From positions 935-64,934 of the forward strand of contig JACCZW010000085.1 in the NCBI GenBank assembly GCA_013695765.1: a stretch of DNA of 64,000 bases, given 5' to 3'. Every line of letters starts with the position of its first letter. The first letter of the stretch is position 1. The stretch is from Gammaproteobacteria bacterium. GTDB lineage: Bacteria > Pseudomonadota > Gammaproteobacteria > JACCYU01. Positions 30,097 to 40,954 of this stretch are shown in pieces. Position numbers and translations under genes: made by a program. The notes under the pieces were generated by a model. The model was not told the DNA's origin and did not search any database. It worked only from the letters and a program-made list of their open reading frames with translations.

Positions 30097-30894
30097 TTAG
30101 TCGGCTTGATCTCTCCACGACGACAAGAACCGCTCGAGGTGCGGCCGGTCCGGATCTCGGAGCGCGTCACGCACCCGGTTGCACTCGAGGTCATACGCCT
30201 CCGGCGTCAACTGACCGCGCATTAATTCGAAGCGCAGATAGATCAGGTAGGTGTTTAGCACGTCAGTCTCGCAGTAATCGCGGATGGACGCGATGTCGCC
30301 GGCCTGAAACGCATCCCACACCTTGCCGCCGTGCATGCCCATCTTGCCGGGCAGTCCCAGCATGGCCGCAATCTGATCCAGCGGCGCGAAGGCGCGGGGA
30401 CTGTAGCCGGCCAGCACGTCCATCAGGTCGATGTGCCGCCAGTGGAAACGGTTTAGATAATTGTTGTAGCGAAAGCTGTTATCGCTGTCGCCGGTTTCCC
30501 AGTAGCGCGGCGCAGCCACGCCGTGCAGCAGCGAGCGATAATGGATAACCGGCAGATCGAAGCCGCAGCCGTTCCACGAGACCAGCGTGGGATTGAAGCG
30601 GTCGATGCCGTCGTAAAAGCGTCGCAGAAGCTCGTGTTCGTCCGAATCTTCATCGCCCAGTGACCAGAGCTTGAAATTGCTGCCGGCACGCATGGCGATG
30701 GAAATCGCCACGATGCGCTGCTTGTGATGCGGCAGGAACTCGCGGCCCGTCTGCTGGAGGCGCAGATGCGTCATCGCGGTGGCGACATCGGCGTCCGGCA
30801 CGCCGTCCAGTTCCAGTAGACGTCTGCCGGCCTCCACGTCGGGCACGGTTTCGATATCGAAGACGAGTACGTTCACGTTTTCAGCGCGCGCCAA
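30097..30894 (-). CDS. 3'-5' exonuclease, PolB-exonuclease-domain-like (RNase H-like fold)
   Basis: 265 aa with an ExoI-like LVFDIETVPD motif. Overall it resembles the predicted 3'-5' exonuclease family related to the PolB exonuclease domain. Confidence 0.7.
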   Translation of the reverse strand: MARAENVNVLVFDIETVPDVEAGRRLLELDGVPDADVATAMTHLRLQQTGREFLPHHKQRIVAISIAMRAGSNFKLWSLGDEDSDEHELLRRFYDGIDRFNPTLVSWNGCGFDLPVIHYRSLLHGVAAPRYWETGDSDNSFRYNNYLNRFHWRHIDLMDVLAGYSPRAFAPLDQIAAMLGLPGKMGMHGGKVWDAFQAGDIASIRDYCETDVLNTYLIYLRFELMRGQLTPEAYDLECNRVRDALRDPDRPHLERFLSSWRDQAD

Positions 30895-30926
30895 TAATCG
30901 AGGTAATTACGCTTTGTGCTGGCAGA

Positions 30927-31817
30927 TCAAGTCGGGAACACGCCAGTGGAGATATATCGGTCGCCGCGATCGCAGACGATGACCACGATCAGCGCGTTCT
31001 CGACTTCCGCGGACAGACGCAACGCCGCCGCCACAGCACCGCCGGACGACACACCAGCGAAGATGCCCTCTTCCGCCGCCAAGCGCCGCATCATGTCCCC
31101 GGCTTCTTTTTCATCGACATCGATCTCGCGGTCTACGTGTTCCGCATGATAAATCTTCGGCAGGTAGGCTTGCGGCCAGCGACGGATGCCGGGGATGCGG
31201 GAGCCTTCGGCGGGCTGCACTCCGACGATCTGAATGTCGGGGTCTTGCTCCTTGAGATATCGCGACACACCCATGATGGTGCCGGTGGTGCCCATGGAGC
31301 TAACGAAGTGCGTGATCGCGCCTGCGGTTTCGTTCCAGATCTCGGGCCCGGTGCCCTCGTAGTGCGAGCGGGGGTTGTCCGCATTGGCGAATTGATCCAG
31401 CACCCGGCCTTTGCCTTCCTCACCCATCTTTGCGGCCAGATCGCGCGCGCCTTCCATGCCGTTGGCTTCCGAGACCAGGATGATCTCCGCGCCGAACGCT
31501 TTCATGGTCGCGCGCCGCTCGGCGCTCATGTTCTCGGGCATGATGAGTACCATGCGATAACCCTTGATGGCCGCCGCCATCGCCAGCGCGATGCCCGTGT
31601 TGCCGCTGGTGGCCTCGATCAAGGTGTCGCCGGGATGAATCTCGCCGCGCAATTCCGCGTGTTTGATCATGCTCAACGCCGGCCGGTCCTTGACCGACCC
31701 GGCGGGATTGTTGCCCTCCAGCTTGGCGAGCAAGGTGTTGTGATTGCCTGGTGTGATGCGCTGGAGTCTCACCAGCGGCGTGTTGCCGACGAACGATTCG
31801 AGGGTCGGGAAATTCAT
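30927..31817 (-). CDS. cysM: cysteine synthase B
   Basis: Contains FVGNTPLVRLQRI...LEGNNPAGSVKDRPALSMI (PLP lysine motif) and is CysM-like throughout. ATG 31817 aligns with the E. coli CysM start. An upstream ATG at 31844 is also possible. Confidence 0.88.
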   Translation of the reverse strand: MNFPTLESFVGNTPLVRLQRITPGNHNTLLAKLEGNNPAGSVKDRPALSMIKHAELRGEIHPGDTLIEATSGNTGIALAMAAAIKGYRMVLIMPENMSAERRATMKAFGAEIILVSEANGMEGARDLAAKMGEEGKGRVLDQFANADNPRSHYEGTGPEIWNETAGAITHFVSSMGTTGTIMGVSRYLKEQDPDIQIVGVQPAEGSRIPGIRRWPQAYLPKIYHAEHVDREIDVDEKEAGDMMRRLAAEEGIFAGVSSGGAVAAALRLSAEVENALIVVIVCDRGDRYISTGVFPT

Positions 31818-31975
31818 TGCGGGTCGGGTTGATTTCGCATCCATTGCGTAATTTTACGGGGAAACATCTGAGATGACATTAGACGGCGGCCGGTCCGCAA
31901 AATTAACGACAGAAACTGGTTCGATCCCCGCTGGTGTGTGCGGTTCCGCGCACGACGCGCGCAGCGACTATCGAT

Positions 31976-32731
31976 TCAAAACGGCGCCAGCCCGCGCGCG
32001 GTCGACATCGCCTGCTTCATCTCGACGACGGCTGCGTGCAGACCGATGAACAGCGCGCGGGCCACGATCGCGTGCCCAATGTTGAGTTCCTTCAGTTGCG
32101 GAATGGCGGCGACGGCGCCGACGTTCGCGCAATGCAGGCCGTGACCGGCGTTGACCTGCAACCCCACCTCGGCCGCGTATGCCGCGGTTTGTATCAGGCG
32201 TTCGAGTTCCCGGGCCTGGCGTTCGCCGCTCGCCCCGGCGTAGGCGCCGGTGTGCAGTTCGACGATGGGCGCGCCGATGACCAGAGTCGCGTCTATCGCG
32301 GCGGTAGTCGGCTCGATAAACAATGATACCTTGACCTTGGCCGCCGCGAGCCGCTGGCACGCTTGCGTCAGACACTGTTTGTTGCCGGCCAGATTCAGCC
32401 CGCCTTCGGTAGTCAACTCCTCGCGCCGCTCCGGCACGATGCAGCAGAATTCCGGCCGCAGATTGACCGCGAACGCGACCATCGTCTCAGTGGCGGCCAT
32501 CTCCAGGTTCATCGAGGTAGTGATTATTTCGCGCGCGGCGTAAACGTCTTCGGGCTGGATATGACGCCTGTCCTCGCGAAGATGCAGGGTGATGCCGTCG
32601 GCGCCCGCGCGTTCGGAGATACGCACGGCTTCCATGACATCCGGGTACGGCGTAAAGCGCGCCTGTCGGATGGTGGCGACGTGGTCCAGGTTCACGCCGA
32701 GCCGCAGAGTGTTATCCGTCGTCATTGCCAT
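31976..32731 (-). CDS. pdxJ: pyridoxine 5'-phosphate synthase
   Basis: Contains LGVNLDHVATIRQAR and ITLHLREDRRHIQ motifs. The start is uncertain (ATG 32731 or 32725, TTG 32746). Confidence 0.92.
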   Translation of the reverse strand: MAMTTDNTLRLGVNLDHVATIRQARFTPYPDVMEAVRISERAGADGITLHLREDRRHIQPEDVYAAREIITTSMNLEMAATETMVAFAVNLRPEFCCIVPERREELTTEGGLNLAGNKQCLTQACQRLAAAKVKVSLFIEPTTAAIDATLVIGAPIVELHTGAYAGASGERQARELERLIQTAAYAAEVGLQVNAGHGLHCANVGAVAAIPQLKELNIGHAIVARALFIGLHAAVVEMKQAMSTARGLAPF

Positions 32732-32752
32732 GTGCGTGCTTCGCAACCGCTG

Positions 32753-33466
32753 TCATGCGTCGGCGAGATATTTCATGATTTCGCGACTGATCAGTTTTTT
32801 GCCGCGCAACTGATAGTCGATGATGCCGCGCAACAACGCGCGGGACTCACCCGCCAGCGCCGGGTCCGGCGCCTCCGGCGTCCGTAATGCGTGCAAGGTC
32901 CTGCCACTGACCAGCGTCTGCGCGTGCGCCGCGTCCGGCGCACAAGGCACCGGCCCGCGCTCGTTGTCGTAGTAATAATAAGCTTCGGGGTCAATCGCGC
33001 GCTCGCTGGCGGCTTCGAATTCGAGCTGCGGACCATAGCCGCTCAACTTCAATAGATACAGTTCGAAACGTCGCAGCGTCGGTTCAACCGTGGTCTGCGC
33101 ATTGAGCTGATTTAAGGTCGCTTCATAACTATGGTAAAGCTCTTCACCGGGGCTGTTGCGCGGCAGCAGATTCATCAACAACTCGTTAAGATAAAGCCCG
33201 CAGATCTTGAGCCGGGGCGTGGCCAGCCGGGCCGCACCGGTGATTTCCAGATCGGTCAAGGTCTGCAACTCGCCGCGCCCGCTCCACGACACGCGCAACT
33301 CGCGGAACGACTGCAACTGGGCCGCGCGCTTCGGCGACCGCTTAGCACCCTTGTAGATCAGGCCCACACGACCGTGATCGAGGGTCAGCATTTCCAGTAT
33401 CGCGCTGGTCTCGCGGTACGCGCGCGCGTGCAGCAGAAAAGCCGGTTGATGAACGACTCTAGCCAT
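32753..33466 (-). CDS. recO: DNA repair protein RecO
   Basis: 237 aa with an N-terminal OB-fold region (PAFLLHARAYRETSAILEMLT). The era-recO-pdxJ order is conserved. Confidence 0.88.
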   Translation of the reverse strand: MARVVHQPAFLLHARAYRETSAILEMLTLDHGRVGLIYKGAKRSPKRAAQLQSFRELRVSWSGRGELQTLTDLEITGAARLATPRLKICGLYLNELLMNLLPRNSPGEELYHSYEATLNQLNAQTTVEPTLRRFELYLLKLSGYGPQLEFEAASERAIDPEAYYYYDNERGPVPCAPDAAHAQTLVSGRTLHALRTPEAPDPALAGESRALLRGIIDYQLRGKKLISREIMKYLADA

Positions 33467-33489
33467 CTAATTTATCTGAACACGGGGCA

Positions 33490-34386
33490 TTAACTCGTCA
33501 GTGCGCCGACAATGCGCGCATCATCCTGCCAGCCGGGCCTGACTTTCACCCATAGATTCAAGTAGCAGCGCCGATTGAGCAATTTCTCGATGGCGATCCG
33601 CGCGCGGGTGCCGATCTTTTTCAAGCCGTGTCCCGAGCGGCCGATGACGATGGCCTTGTGGCTCTCGCGCGCGACCCAGATCGTCGCGGCGATGGAAGTG
33701 AGCGCTTCGCGCTCTTCAAAGTCCGATACTTCGACGTACACCGAATACGGCAATTCCGCGGCCAGGTTGCGCGTCAACTGCTCGCGGATCAACTCGCCTA
33801 CGATAAATCGTTCGTCGCGATCGGAGAGTTGATCTTGCGGATAAATGTACGCTTCACACCGCGGCAACAGCTTGATGATCTCGGTCTTCAGCGCGTCCAG
33901 ATTGTCGCCCTTGACCGCGGAGACCGGCACCAGCGCGGCGAAGTCGAAACGCTCGCGCATTGTCGCCAGGATCGGCAGCAGTGACTGCCGGTCGCGCAGG
34001 CGGTCGATCTTGTTGACGCACAGCAGACACGGTTTGCCGGCAGCCGTCACCATCTCGATAATGCGCGTTTCTTCGCGTTCCCAGCGTCCTGGCTCGACTA
34101 CCAGCACCACCGCGTCAACGTCGGTCAGCGCCGCCGCGGCGCCTTTGTTCATGGCGGCGTTCAGCAGGTGTGTGTCATTGAGGTGAATGCCGGGTGTGTC
34201 GACGAACACGATCTGCGCGCCGTGTTCGGTCACAATGCCGCGGATGTTCTGGCGCGTAGTCTGCGGCTTGTCGGCCGTGGACGAGATCCTCATCCCGACC
34301 AGTCGGTTCAGCAACGTCGATTTGCCGACATTCGAGCGGCCGATCAGCGCGCAGAATCCGCCGCGGATGGTTTCAGGATTGTTCAT
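33490..34386 (-). CDS. era: GTPase Era
   Basis: G1 motif GRSNVGKST, DTPG, NKID, and a C-terminal KH domain. It overlaps the rnc stop by 14 nt. Confidence 0.95.
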   Translation of the reverse strand: MNNPETIRGGFCALIGRSNVGKSTLLNRLVGMRISSTADKPQTTRQNIRGIVTEHGAQIVFVDTPGIHLNDTHLLNAAMNKGAAAALTDVDAVVLVVEPGRWEREETRIIEMVTAAGKPCLLCVNKIDRLRDRQSLLPILATMRERFDFAALVPVSAVKGDNLDALKTEIIKLLPRCEAYIYPQDQLSDRDERFIVGELIREQLTRNLAAELPYSVYVEVSDFEEREALTSIAATIWVARESHKAIVIGRSGHGLKKIGTRARIAIEKLLNRRCYLNLWVKVRPGWQDDARIVGALTS

Positions 34387-35089
34387 GCGCGCTCGTCATG
34401 CCCTGGATAATCGCCAGCGCCCTGCCGGCCGCCCGCTGCTCGGCCTCGCGTTTGGAGCCGCCCTCACCCGTCGTTTCGATCTCGCAGTCGGGTAACTGAC
34501 AGCGCACGGCGAAATGCTGAGCGTGCGCCTCGCCGCTGGCCTTTTGCAGACGGTAATCGGGCAATGCCAGATTGCGCGCCTGCAGATATTCCTGCAGGCG
34601 GGTCTTTGAATCCTTGAGTTGTTCGGGCGGCGGCAGATTCGCAATGCGAGTCTGAAACAAACCCAGCACGAATGCGCGCGCGGCCTCTAGCCCTTTCTCC
34701 AGATAAACCGCGCCTATAATCGCTTCCAGCGCATCGGCCAGGACGGTATCGCGGCGACGTCCGCCAGTCTTGACTTCGCCGGGACCCATCACGAGCAGGT
34801 CGCTTAAGTCCAGCTCTTTCGCAATCCCGGCCAGCGTTTCCCCGCGCACCAGATTGGCGCGCAGGCGGCTTAAATCGCCTTCGCTGGCTTTTGGGTAAAC
34901 GCGATACAGGTGCTCCGCGATGAGCATACCCAGCACGGCGTCGCCCAGGTATTCGAGCCGTTCGTTGTTGTTGCTGCCCGCACTACGGTGCGTGACCGCC
35001 GCCTTGAACGACGCGCGGGCGAGCATGTCGGCAACCAGCCACTGCAGCAGGCCGCGATTATTGTTCATGTCGGGGTTCATCTGGGGCAT
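34373..35089 (-). CDS. rnc: ribonuclease III
   Basis: Signature ERLEYLGDAVLG and a C-terminal dsRBD. The start could be a later ATG (35068, MNNNRG...). Confidence 0.93.
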   Translation of the reverse strand: MPQMNPDMNNNRGLLQWLVADMLARASFKAAVTHRSAGSNNNERLEYLGDAVLGMLIAEHLYRVYPKASEGDLSRLRANLVRGETLAGIAKELDLSDLLVMGPGEVKTGGRRRDTVLADALEAIIGAVYLEKGLEAARAFVLGLFQTRIANLPPPEQLKDSKTRLQEYLQARNLALPDYRLQKASGEAHAQHFAVRCQLPDCEIETTGEGGSKREAEQRAAGRALAIIQGMTSAHEQS

Positions 35090-35115
35090 TGATTACCGGC
35101 ATCCACACGCTGGCG

Positions 35116-35499
35116 TCATTGTGTGGCCGCGCCGTCGAGCGTTACCATTTCAGCAAACCTGGCGACCACGTCGAGATTGCCAAACAGCGGGGTGCGCGCT
35201 TCGTACTTGATGCCGATGGTCGTAACGCCGCGATCGCTCGCATACACGAAATGTTCACGCTTGATGTTCTCGACGTCATTGATATCCAGCCGCTTCTCGA
35301 TGCTCGCCCAGATATCGCCGGCGGTGCGCGCCGTGCCGCCCGGCTCGGCGGCGACCTCCTGCACGACCGATTTCACGGTATATGCATTGATGTAAATCGG
35401 TATTAGCCTGATGCCGACCGTGATCGCAAAGCCCACCACCATCACCACGATAAGGATGGTAATCAGCGAAGCGCCCCGTTGTTGTTTATGTCTATGCAT
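35116..35499 (-). CDS. DUF4845 domain-containing membrane protein
   Basis: 127 aa with an N-terminal pseudopilin-like hydrophobic segment (GASLITILIVVMVVGF). It occupies the typical position between lepB and rnc. Confidence 0.7.
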   Translation of the reverse strand: MHRHKQQRGASLITILIVVMVVGFAITVGIRLIPIYINAYTVKSVVQEVAAEPGGTARTAGDIWASIEKRLDINDVENIKREHFVYASDRGVTTIGIKYEARTPLFGNLDVVARFAEMVTLDGAATQ

Positions 35500-35602
35500 G
35501 GCCTAACCTCCTCTTGTACCTGCTCGACATGAAATCGGGTGCCGCACGCGCGTCAGAATTTATACGGACCCTATTGTAAGGCGCCCGTGCCCGTGGGCGT
35601 CC

Positions 35603-36460
35603 CTAATCGATGCGGTCACCGATGCGCGTGAAATCGAACACTCCGCCCTGCATGTCCCAGTTCAGCCAGATTAAAAAAGCTTGTCCCACCAGGTTTTCGT
35701 CCGGCACGAAACCCCAGAAGCGGCTGTCGTTGCTGTTGTCGCGGTTGTCGCCCATCACGAAATACTGATCCGGGGGCACGACATATTCGCCGTCCATGCG
35801 CGGATGCCGCGGCTCCAGCAGAATCGGGTGTTTGACCGGGCCCAGTTGTTCGCTCGCGACGGTCGCGCCGCTCATGGCCACACCGCTGCCGGTGGCCTGG
35901 TATTTGTGCAGCGGCTGTTGCGGCGCTGGTTTGCCGTTGATGTACACAACCTTGTTGTAATAGCCGATGTGATCGCCGGGCAGGCCGACCACCCGCTTGA
36001 TGTAATCGTCGGCGGGATTGTCGGGATAACGGAACACGATGACATCGCCGCGCTGCGGATCGCCGGTTTCGAGAAGCGTAGTACCCAGCACCGGCAGGCG
36101 GATGTCGTAGGCGAATTTGCTGACCAGAATAAAATCCCCCACCAGCAGAGTCGGCATCATCGAGCCGGACGGAATGCGGAACGGCTCGGCGACAAACCCC
36201 CGCAGCAGCAGCACGATCAGCAGCACCGGAAAAAACGATTTCGAATATTCGACATACCACGGGTCTATGCGGGCGGCGGCGTGACCGGTCTTATGTCCTG
36301 CCGCTCGCGCCTGCATGGCGGGGTCGCTGCCTTGCGCGGCATGCGCTGTGGCCGGCGCCACGTCTGGCGCGCGTCTGGCCAGCACCATCCGATCGAAAAG
36401 CCAGATACCGCCGGTAAGTAACGTGCCAATAACCAGCACCAGTTCCAGGTCTAGAGTCAT
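35603..36460 (-). CDS. lepB: signal peptidase I
   Basis: SGSMMPTL serine box, RGDVIVFRYP and GDNRDNSNDSRFWGFV boxes. The start is placed at ATG 36460, after the lepA stop. Confidence 0.92.
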   Translation of the reverse strand: MTLDLELVLVIGTLLTGGIWLFDRMVLARRAPDVAPATAHAAQGSDPAMQARAAGHKTGHAAARIDPWYVEYSKSFFPVLLIVLLLRGFVAEPFRIPSGSMMPTLLVGDFILVSKFAYDIRLPVLGTTLLETGDPQRGDVIVFRYPDNPADDYIKRVVGLPGDHIGYYNKVVYINGKPAPQQPLHKYQATGSGVAMSGATVASEQLGPVKHPILLEPRHPRMDGEYVVPPDQYFVMGDNRDNSNDSRFWGFVPDENLVGQAFLIWLNWDMQGGVFDFTRIGDRID

Positions 36461-36477
36461 TTCGTATCCGTGTGTTT

Positions 36478-38268
36478 TTATTTGTCCACCTGCAGCACAG
36501 CCAGGAAAGCCTCCTGCGGGATCTCGATGCGGCCAATCTGCTTCATGCGCTTCTTGCCGGCTTTTTGTTTTTCCAGCAGCTTGCGCTTGCGCGTCACGTC
36601 GCCGCCATAACACTTGGCCGTAACATTTTTCCGCAGAGCCTTGATACTGCTTCGCGCGATAATGTGCGAACCGACCGCGGCCTGAATCGCCACATCGAAC
36701 ATCTGGCGCGGAATAATTTTCTGCATGCGTTCGGCCAGGTCGCGGCCGCGCGCCTGCGATTTGTCCTTGTGCACGATCACCGCCAGCGCATCGACCCGCT
36801 CGCCGTTTATAAGAATGTCCACCTTGACCAGCGGCGCCGCCTGAAAATGCAACGGCTGATAATCGAACGAGGCAAAGCCGCGGCTGACAGATTTAAGGCG
36901 GTCGAAGAAATCCACCACGATCTCGCTCAAAGGGAGTTCATACCCGAGCGACACCTGCTTGCCGAAGTAATGCATGCGCGTTTGCACGCCGCGCTTTTCC
37001 ACGCACAGACCGATGACGTTGCCGATGTACTCGTGCGGCACCAGAATGGTCGCCGTGACCACGGGTTCCCGGATCTCGGCGATGAGATTGGGCGCGGGCA
37101 GTTCGGCGGGATTGTGGATGTTCAGCACCCCGCCGTTGGTGGTGTGAACTTCGTAGACCACGGTAGGTGCTGTGGTAATCAGTTCGAGGTCATACTCGCG
37201 TTCCAGACGCGCCTGCACGATTTCCATGTGCAGCATGCCTAAGAATCCGCAGCGGAAACCGAAGCCCAGCGCGTGCGACGTTTCAGGCTCGAAACTGAGC
37301 GCGGAATCGTTCAGCCGCAAACGCTCCAGCGCCTCGCGAAAGCGTTCGAAGTCGTCGGCGCTGACGGGGAACATGCCGGCAAAAACATTGGGCTGTACCT
37401 CCTTGTAGCCCGGCAGCGGCGAGGCTGCGGGACGCTCGGCGGAGGTGAGGGTATCGCCGATCTTCGCGCCGTCGATATCCTTGATGCCGGCGATCAGATA
37501 GCCGACTTCGCCCGCGCTTAAAGACTCCCTGGGCGTGCGCTTTGGCGTAAAAATGCCCACACCTTCGACCTGATAGCTGCGCTGTTGCGACATCGCCATG
37601 ATTTTCTGTTTGGGCTTGACCACGCCGTCCATGATGCGCACCAACACCACCACGCCGGTGTAACTGTCGAACCACGAATCCACGATCAGGGCTTTCAGCG
37701 GCGCCAGGCGGTCGCCTTGCGGGGGCGGGATGCGTCTGATCAGGCTTTCCAGGAGGTCGCCCACCCCCTGACCGGTCTTGGCGCTGATCCGCGTAGCAAA
37801 CGAGGCGTCGATGCCGATGACATCTTCGATTTCGCATGCCACGCGGTCGGGTTCCGCGGCCGGCAGATCGATCTTGTTGATGACCGGCAGCACTTCCAGG
37901 CCCTGATCGATGGCGGTGTAGGAATTGGCCACACTCTGCGCTTCCACGCCCTGCGAGGCGTCGACCACCAGCAGTGCGCCCTCGCAGGCCGACAGCGAGC
38001 GCGAAACCTCGTAGGAAAAATCGACGTGGCCCGGGGTGTCGATGAAATTAAGCTGATAGGTTTGACCGTCTTTGGCGTGGTAGTTGAGCGACACCGCTTG
38101 CGCCTTGATCGTAATGCCACGCTCTTTTTCCAGATCCATGGAATCCAGCACCTGCGCGCGCATCTCGCGCGCCGAAAGTCCCTCGCAGTGCTGGATAAAC
38201 CGATCCGCCAGGGTCGATTTGCCGTGATCGATGTGCGCGATAATGGAAAAATTTCGTATGTTTTGCAT
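36478..38268 (-). CDS. lepA: translation elongation factor 4
   Basis: 596 aa. N-terminus [23 protein letters not shown], with a LepA-specific C-terminal domain. Confidence 0.96.
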   Translation of the reverse strand: MQNIRNFSIIAHIDHGKSTLADRFIQHCEGLSAREMRAQVLDSMDLEKERGITIKAQAVSLNYHAKDGQTYQLNFIDTPGHVDFSYEVSRSLSACEGALLVVDASQGVEAQSVANSYTAIDQGLEVLPVINKIDLPAAEPDRVACEIEDVIGIDASFATRISAKTGQGVGDLLESLIRRIPPPQGDRLAPLKALIVDSWFDSYTGVVVLVRIMDGVVKPKQKIMAMSQQRSYQVEGVGIFTPKRTPRESLSAGEVGYLIAGIKDIDGAKIGDTLTSAERPAASPLPGYKEVQPNVFAGMFPVSADDFERFREALERLRLNDSALSFEPETSHALGFGFRCGFLGMLHMEIVQARLEREYDLELITTAPTVVYEVHTTNGGVLNIHNPAELPAPNLIAEIREPVVTATILVPHEYIGNVIGLCVEKRGVQTRMHYFGKQVSLGYELPLSEIVVDFFDRLKSVSRGFASFDYQPLHFQAAPLVKVDILINGERVDALAVIVHKDKSQARGRDLAERMQKIIPRQMFDVAIQAAVGSHIIARSSIKALRKNVTAKCYGGDVTRKRKLLEKQKAGKKRMKQIGRIEIPQEAFLAVLQVDK

Positions 38269-38368
38269 TAGCCGTTATAAGAAGGCCCGATGTTGCCCCA
38301 TCCGGCCCTGACCGAAGCTCTATTTGTTTACGTCGCGCGCAGTATACCGCCGCCGTAAGCTGGAATGG

Positions 38369-39774
38369 TCAATCGGGTATTTTCAACGCCAGAAAGTCGG
38401 GTCCCTGTTCCCGTCGCACGAGCAGGGATGCGAATCTGCCGGCGGGCAGCGCCGCCATGATCGATCTGAACCGCGCGACCGCAGCCACCGCTTCGTTGTT
38501 GATCATCCGCGCCCCGTCGCCCCGGCGCACGCCGCGTCCCGGGCGGGACTGTCCATTACTTTCACCGCGCGCAGGCCGGGCGTGCCCTGCCCGCGCCGCC
38601 CCGCTTTTATAAGCGGCCGCAGTTCAAATCCCAGGACGAGATTGCTGACATCCGGCGCGACTGTCCTCGTGCGGATGGAAACTTCGGATGGCTCGCCGGG
38701 CAGCGCGCCCACGCGCAAGCGTCGCGTGATTCTTTTGCCGTTGCGCAGGATGACGAGTTCCACCCGTTGCCCGGCGCTGGTGCGACCGACCATGGGCGGG
38801 AGGGCGGCGGAACCGGGCACTTTCCTGCCATTGAATTTCAGAATGATGTCACCGACTCTCAGGTCGCCCGCTAGCGCTGGACTGCCCGGCAGCAACATGG
38901 TCACCAGCGCGCCGGTGGGTATCTCCATGTTGAACGATTCCGCGAGCTCGCGCGTTACCGCTTGAATGTAGACGCCGAGCCAGCCGCGTGACACGAAGCC
39001 GTCGGTCTTCAATTGCTGGACCACATCCATCGCAACCTCGATGGGGATGGCGAACGAAAGCCCCATGAAACCACCGGTCTGACTGAAAATCTGCGAGTTG
39101 ATGCCGACGACTTCGCCGGCCAGATTGAATAGCGGTCCGCCCGAATTGCCGGGGTTGATCGCCACGTCGGTCTGTATGAACGGGACGTAGTTTTCACTCG
39201 GCAGGCTACGGCCCTTGGCACTGACAATGCCGGCGGTGACCGAGTGATCGAAGCCGAATGGCGAGCCGATCGCCAGCACCCATTCTCCCTGCTTGAGTGC
39301 TCTGGAGCTCCCCAGCTTCAGAACCGGCAGATTGTCGGCCTTGATCTTGAGCAGCGCGATGTCGCTGTGCGTGTCGTGCCCGACCTCTTTGGCCAGCAGT
39401 TCGCGGCGGTCGCTGAGCCGCACGACGATTTCGTCGGCGTCCTCGACCACGTGACGATTGGTGATCACATAGCCGTCGGAGGACACGATAAAGCCGGAGC
39501 CAAGCGACTCCGCACGGAACGGCTCGCGCTCGCCTTGACGGTCCCCAAAAAAGCGGCGCAGCAAGTCGTTCAGCGGGTTGTCTTCGGGAAGTTTCGGGAT
39601 GTCCAGATTTGGGGGTAGTGCAGCACTGGGTTCTTCTTCGCGGGTAGTGCTGATGTTGACCACGCCGGCGGCATTGGACCTGACCAGTGCGGTGAAGTCA
39701 GGCAGCCCGTGGGCGTCAGCCGTCGATACGCCCGCGCGTAAAATCAGTGCCAGAACAATAATCTCTGGTCGCAT
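38369..39774 (-). pseudogene. mucD: Do/DegP/MucD-family periplasmic serine protease with an apparent frameshift in the second PDZ domain
   Basis: ORF 38503..39795 has a signal peptide, a trypsin-like domain (GNSGGPL), PDZ1 and the first half of PDZ2. It ends ...SPARDAACAGATGRG*. A different frame from about 38535 down to the TGA at 38369-38371 encodes the canonical PDZ2 end GVRRGDGARMINNEAVAAVARFRSIMAALPAGRFASLLVRREQGPDFLALKIPD. Adding one G near 38531-38536 restores a single ORF. Confidence 0.7.
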
Positions 39775-39960
39775 CGGAACACCTGTTATTCGCATCTAAG
39801 ACGGACGATCGATTCATGCAGGATAGCGTCGGCGCTCAGGGGCCGTGGTCAGGTTAACATGAACTGAAAATCGCGCGTGACACCCACGCGGCGTGGACGT
39901 GGCTAGCGGGGTATTGCCGTACAGGCATATTGAGAAAGCACGGCCAACAGGCATGCGGAA

Positions 39961-40947
39961 CTACTCGGACGGCGTATAGGCCATCGACTGTCCGATCATC
40001 CGGACCGTCTCCGCGGGCATTTCGCCGACTACGGTAATCTGATAACCGTTCAGATTGCGCGCAAATGCGTTCAGCGCGCCGCTTTGCGTAGTTCCCTTGA
40101 AAAACGCGGTGAGTTCCATTGGCCTTGTGATGAAAATCGACACGGAAGCAAGACCGTCGGTCAAAATCATGTGCTGCACCGGCTGGGGACTGGCGGCGAT
40201 AACCCGCTTGCTCACAGACGTCACTTCGAAACCCGGCGGCTTGCGTTCGACCCGCCAGCCCGGATCGGGTTGCAAGCGGAACGGCTGCTGGCGCGGCCCC
40301 GCACGATACCAGACCTGATCGGCTTCAATCATCGTCGGCGCAAAATGTGCGTCCGGAATCTGCTCGCGCAGTTCGAGGGTGGTGAACATGACTTTCTCGA
40401 TCGGCTGGCCGCTGGCGTCGAGCATCATCGATGCCAGCAGCATGCCCGAATCCTCTGCGACGCAAAGCCGGTGCCCGTAACGCAGGTTGTCCTTGGGCTT
40501 AATGGCGAGGTTGCGACACACCGTACCGGCGATGCGGCCCCGGCCAAGGACGCTTAGCCGATAGTGTTCGTCCAGTCCTTGCGTGCGGGACGGAATAACG
40601 GCCGGAATGCCGTGCTCGCGCTCGCGCGTGGCTTCGACCGTCACCGCGTTCTTGTGGGGCCACACGCAGGTGAGCACGCCGCGGTCGCGTATCACCTCGC
40701 GCTTCTCGCCGGTCAGCGTGGTCAGACGTTCTCGAATGCCTTGCGCGTCGCTGCCATGGACAATGTGCATGGTGTCCATCTTGTCGCCGCGCGCGTAGAT
40801 GAACGTGCCTTCGTAGTTAAGGGATTGTACGGCGTCGGCCATTTTATCCAGCCAGGCCTTTGCATCCTGCCCACTCCATACCGTGTGCGGCGCCGCGAGG
40901 ATCGCGATTATCGCGATCCTCGCGCAGGGCGCGACATATCGCATCAC
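39961..40947 (-). CDS. mucB: sigma-E regulatory protein RseB/MucB
   Basis: 328 aa with a signal peptide and an N-terminal WLDKMADAVQSLNYEGTFIY motif typical of RseB/MucB. It lies directly downstream of the anti-sigma gene. Confidence 0.88.
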   Translation of the reverse strand: MMRYVAPCARIAIIAILAAPHTVWSGQDAKAWLDKMADAVQSLNYEGTFIYARGDKMDTMHIVHGSDAQGIRERLTTLTGEKREVIRDRGVLTCVWPHKNAVTVEATREREHGIPAVIPSRTQGLDEHYRLSVLGRGRIAGTVCRNLAIKPKDNLRYGHRLCVAEDSGMLLASMMLDASGQPIEKVMFTTLELREQIPDAHFAPTMIEADQVWYRAGPRQQPFRLQPDPGWRVERKPPGFEVTSVSKRVIAASPQPVQHMILTDGLASVSIFITRPMELTAFFKGTTQSGALNAFARNLNGYQITVVGEMPAETVRMIGQSMAYTPSE

Positions 40948-40954
40948 GCCGAGG

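Noticed and set aside
31885-31925. GGTTCGATCCCC, a tRNA T-loop-like 12-mer, in the cysM-pdxJ spacer. I considered it as a tRNA fragment or att scar.
   Set aside because: The flanking bases cannot form a T-stem or an acceptor stem, and no other tRNA features are present. A 12-mer resemblance could be chance.
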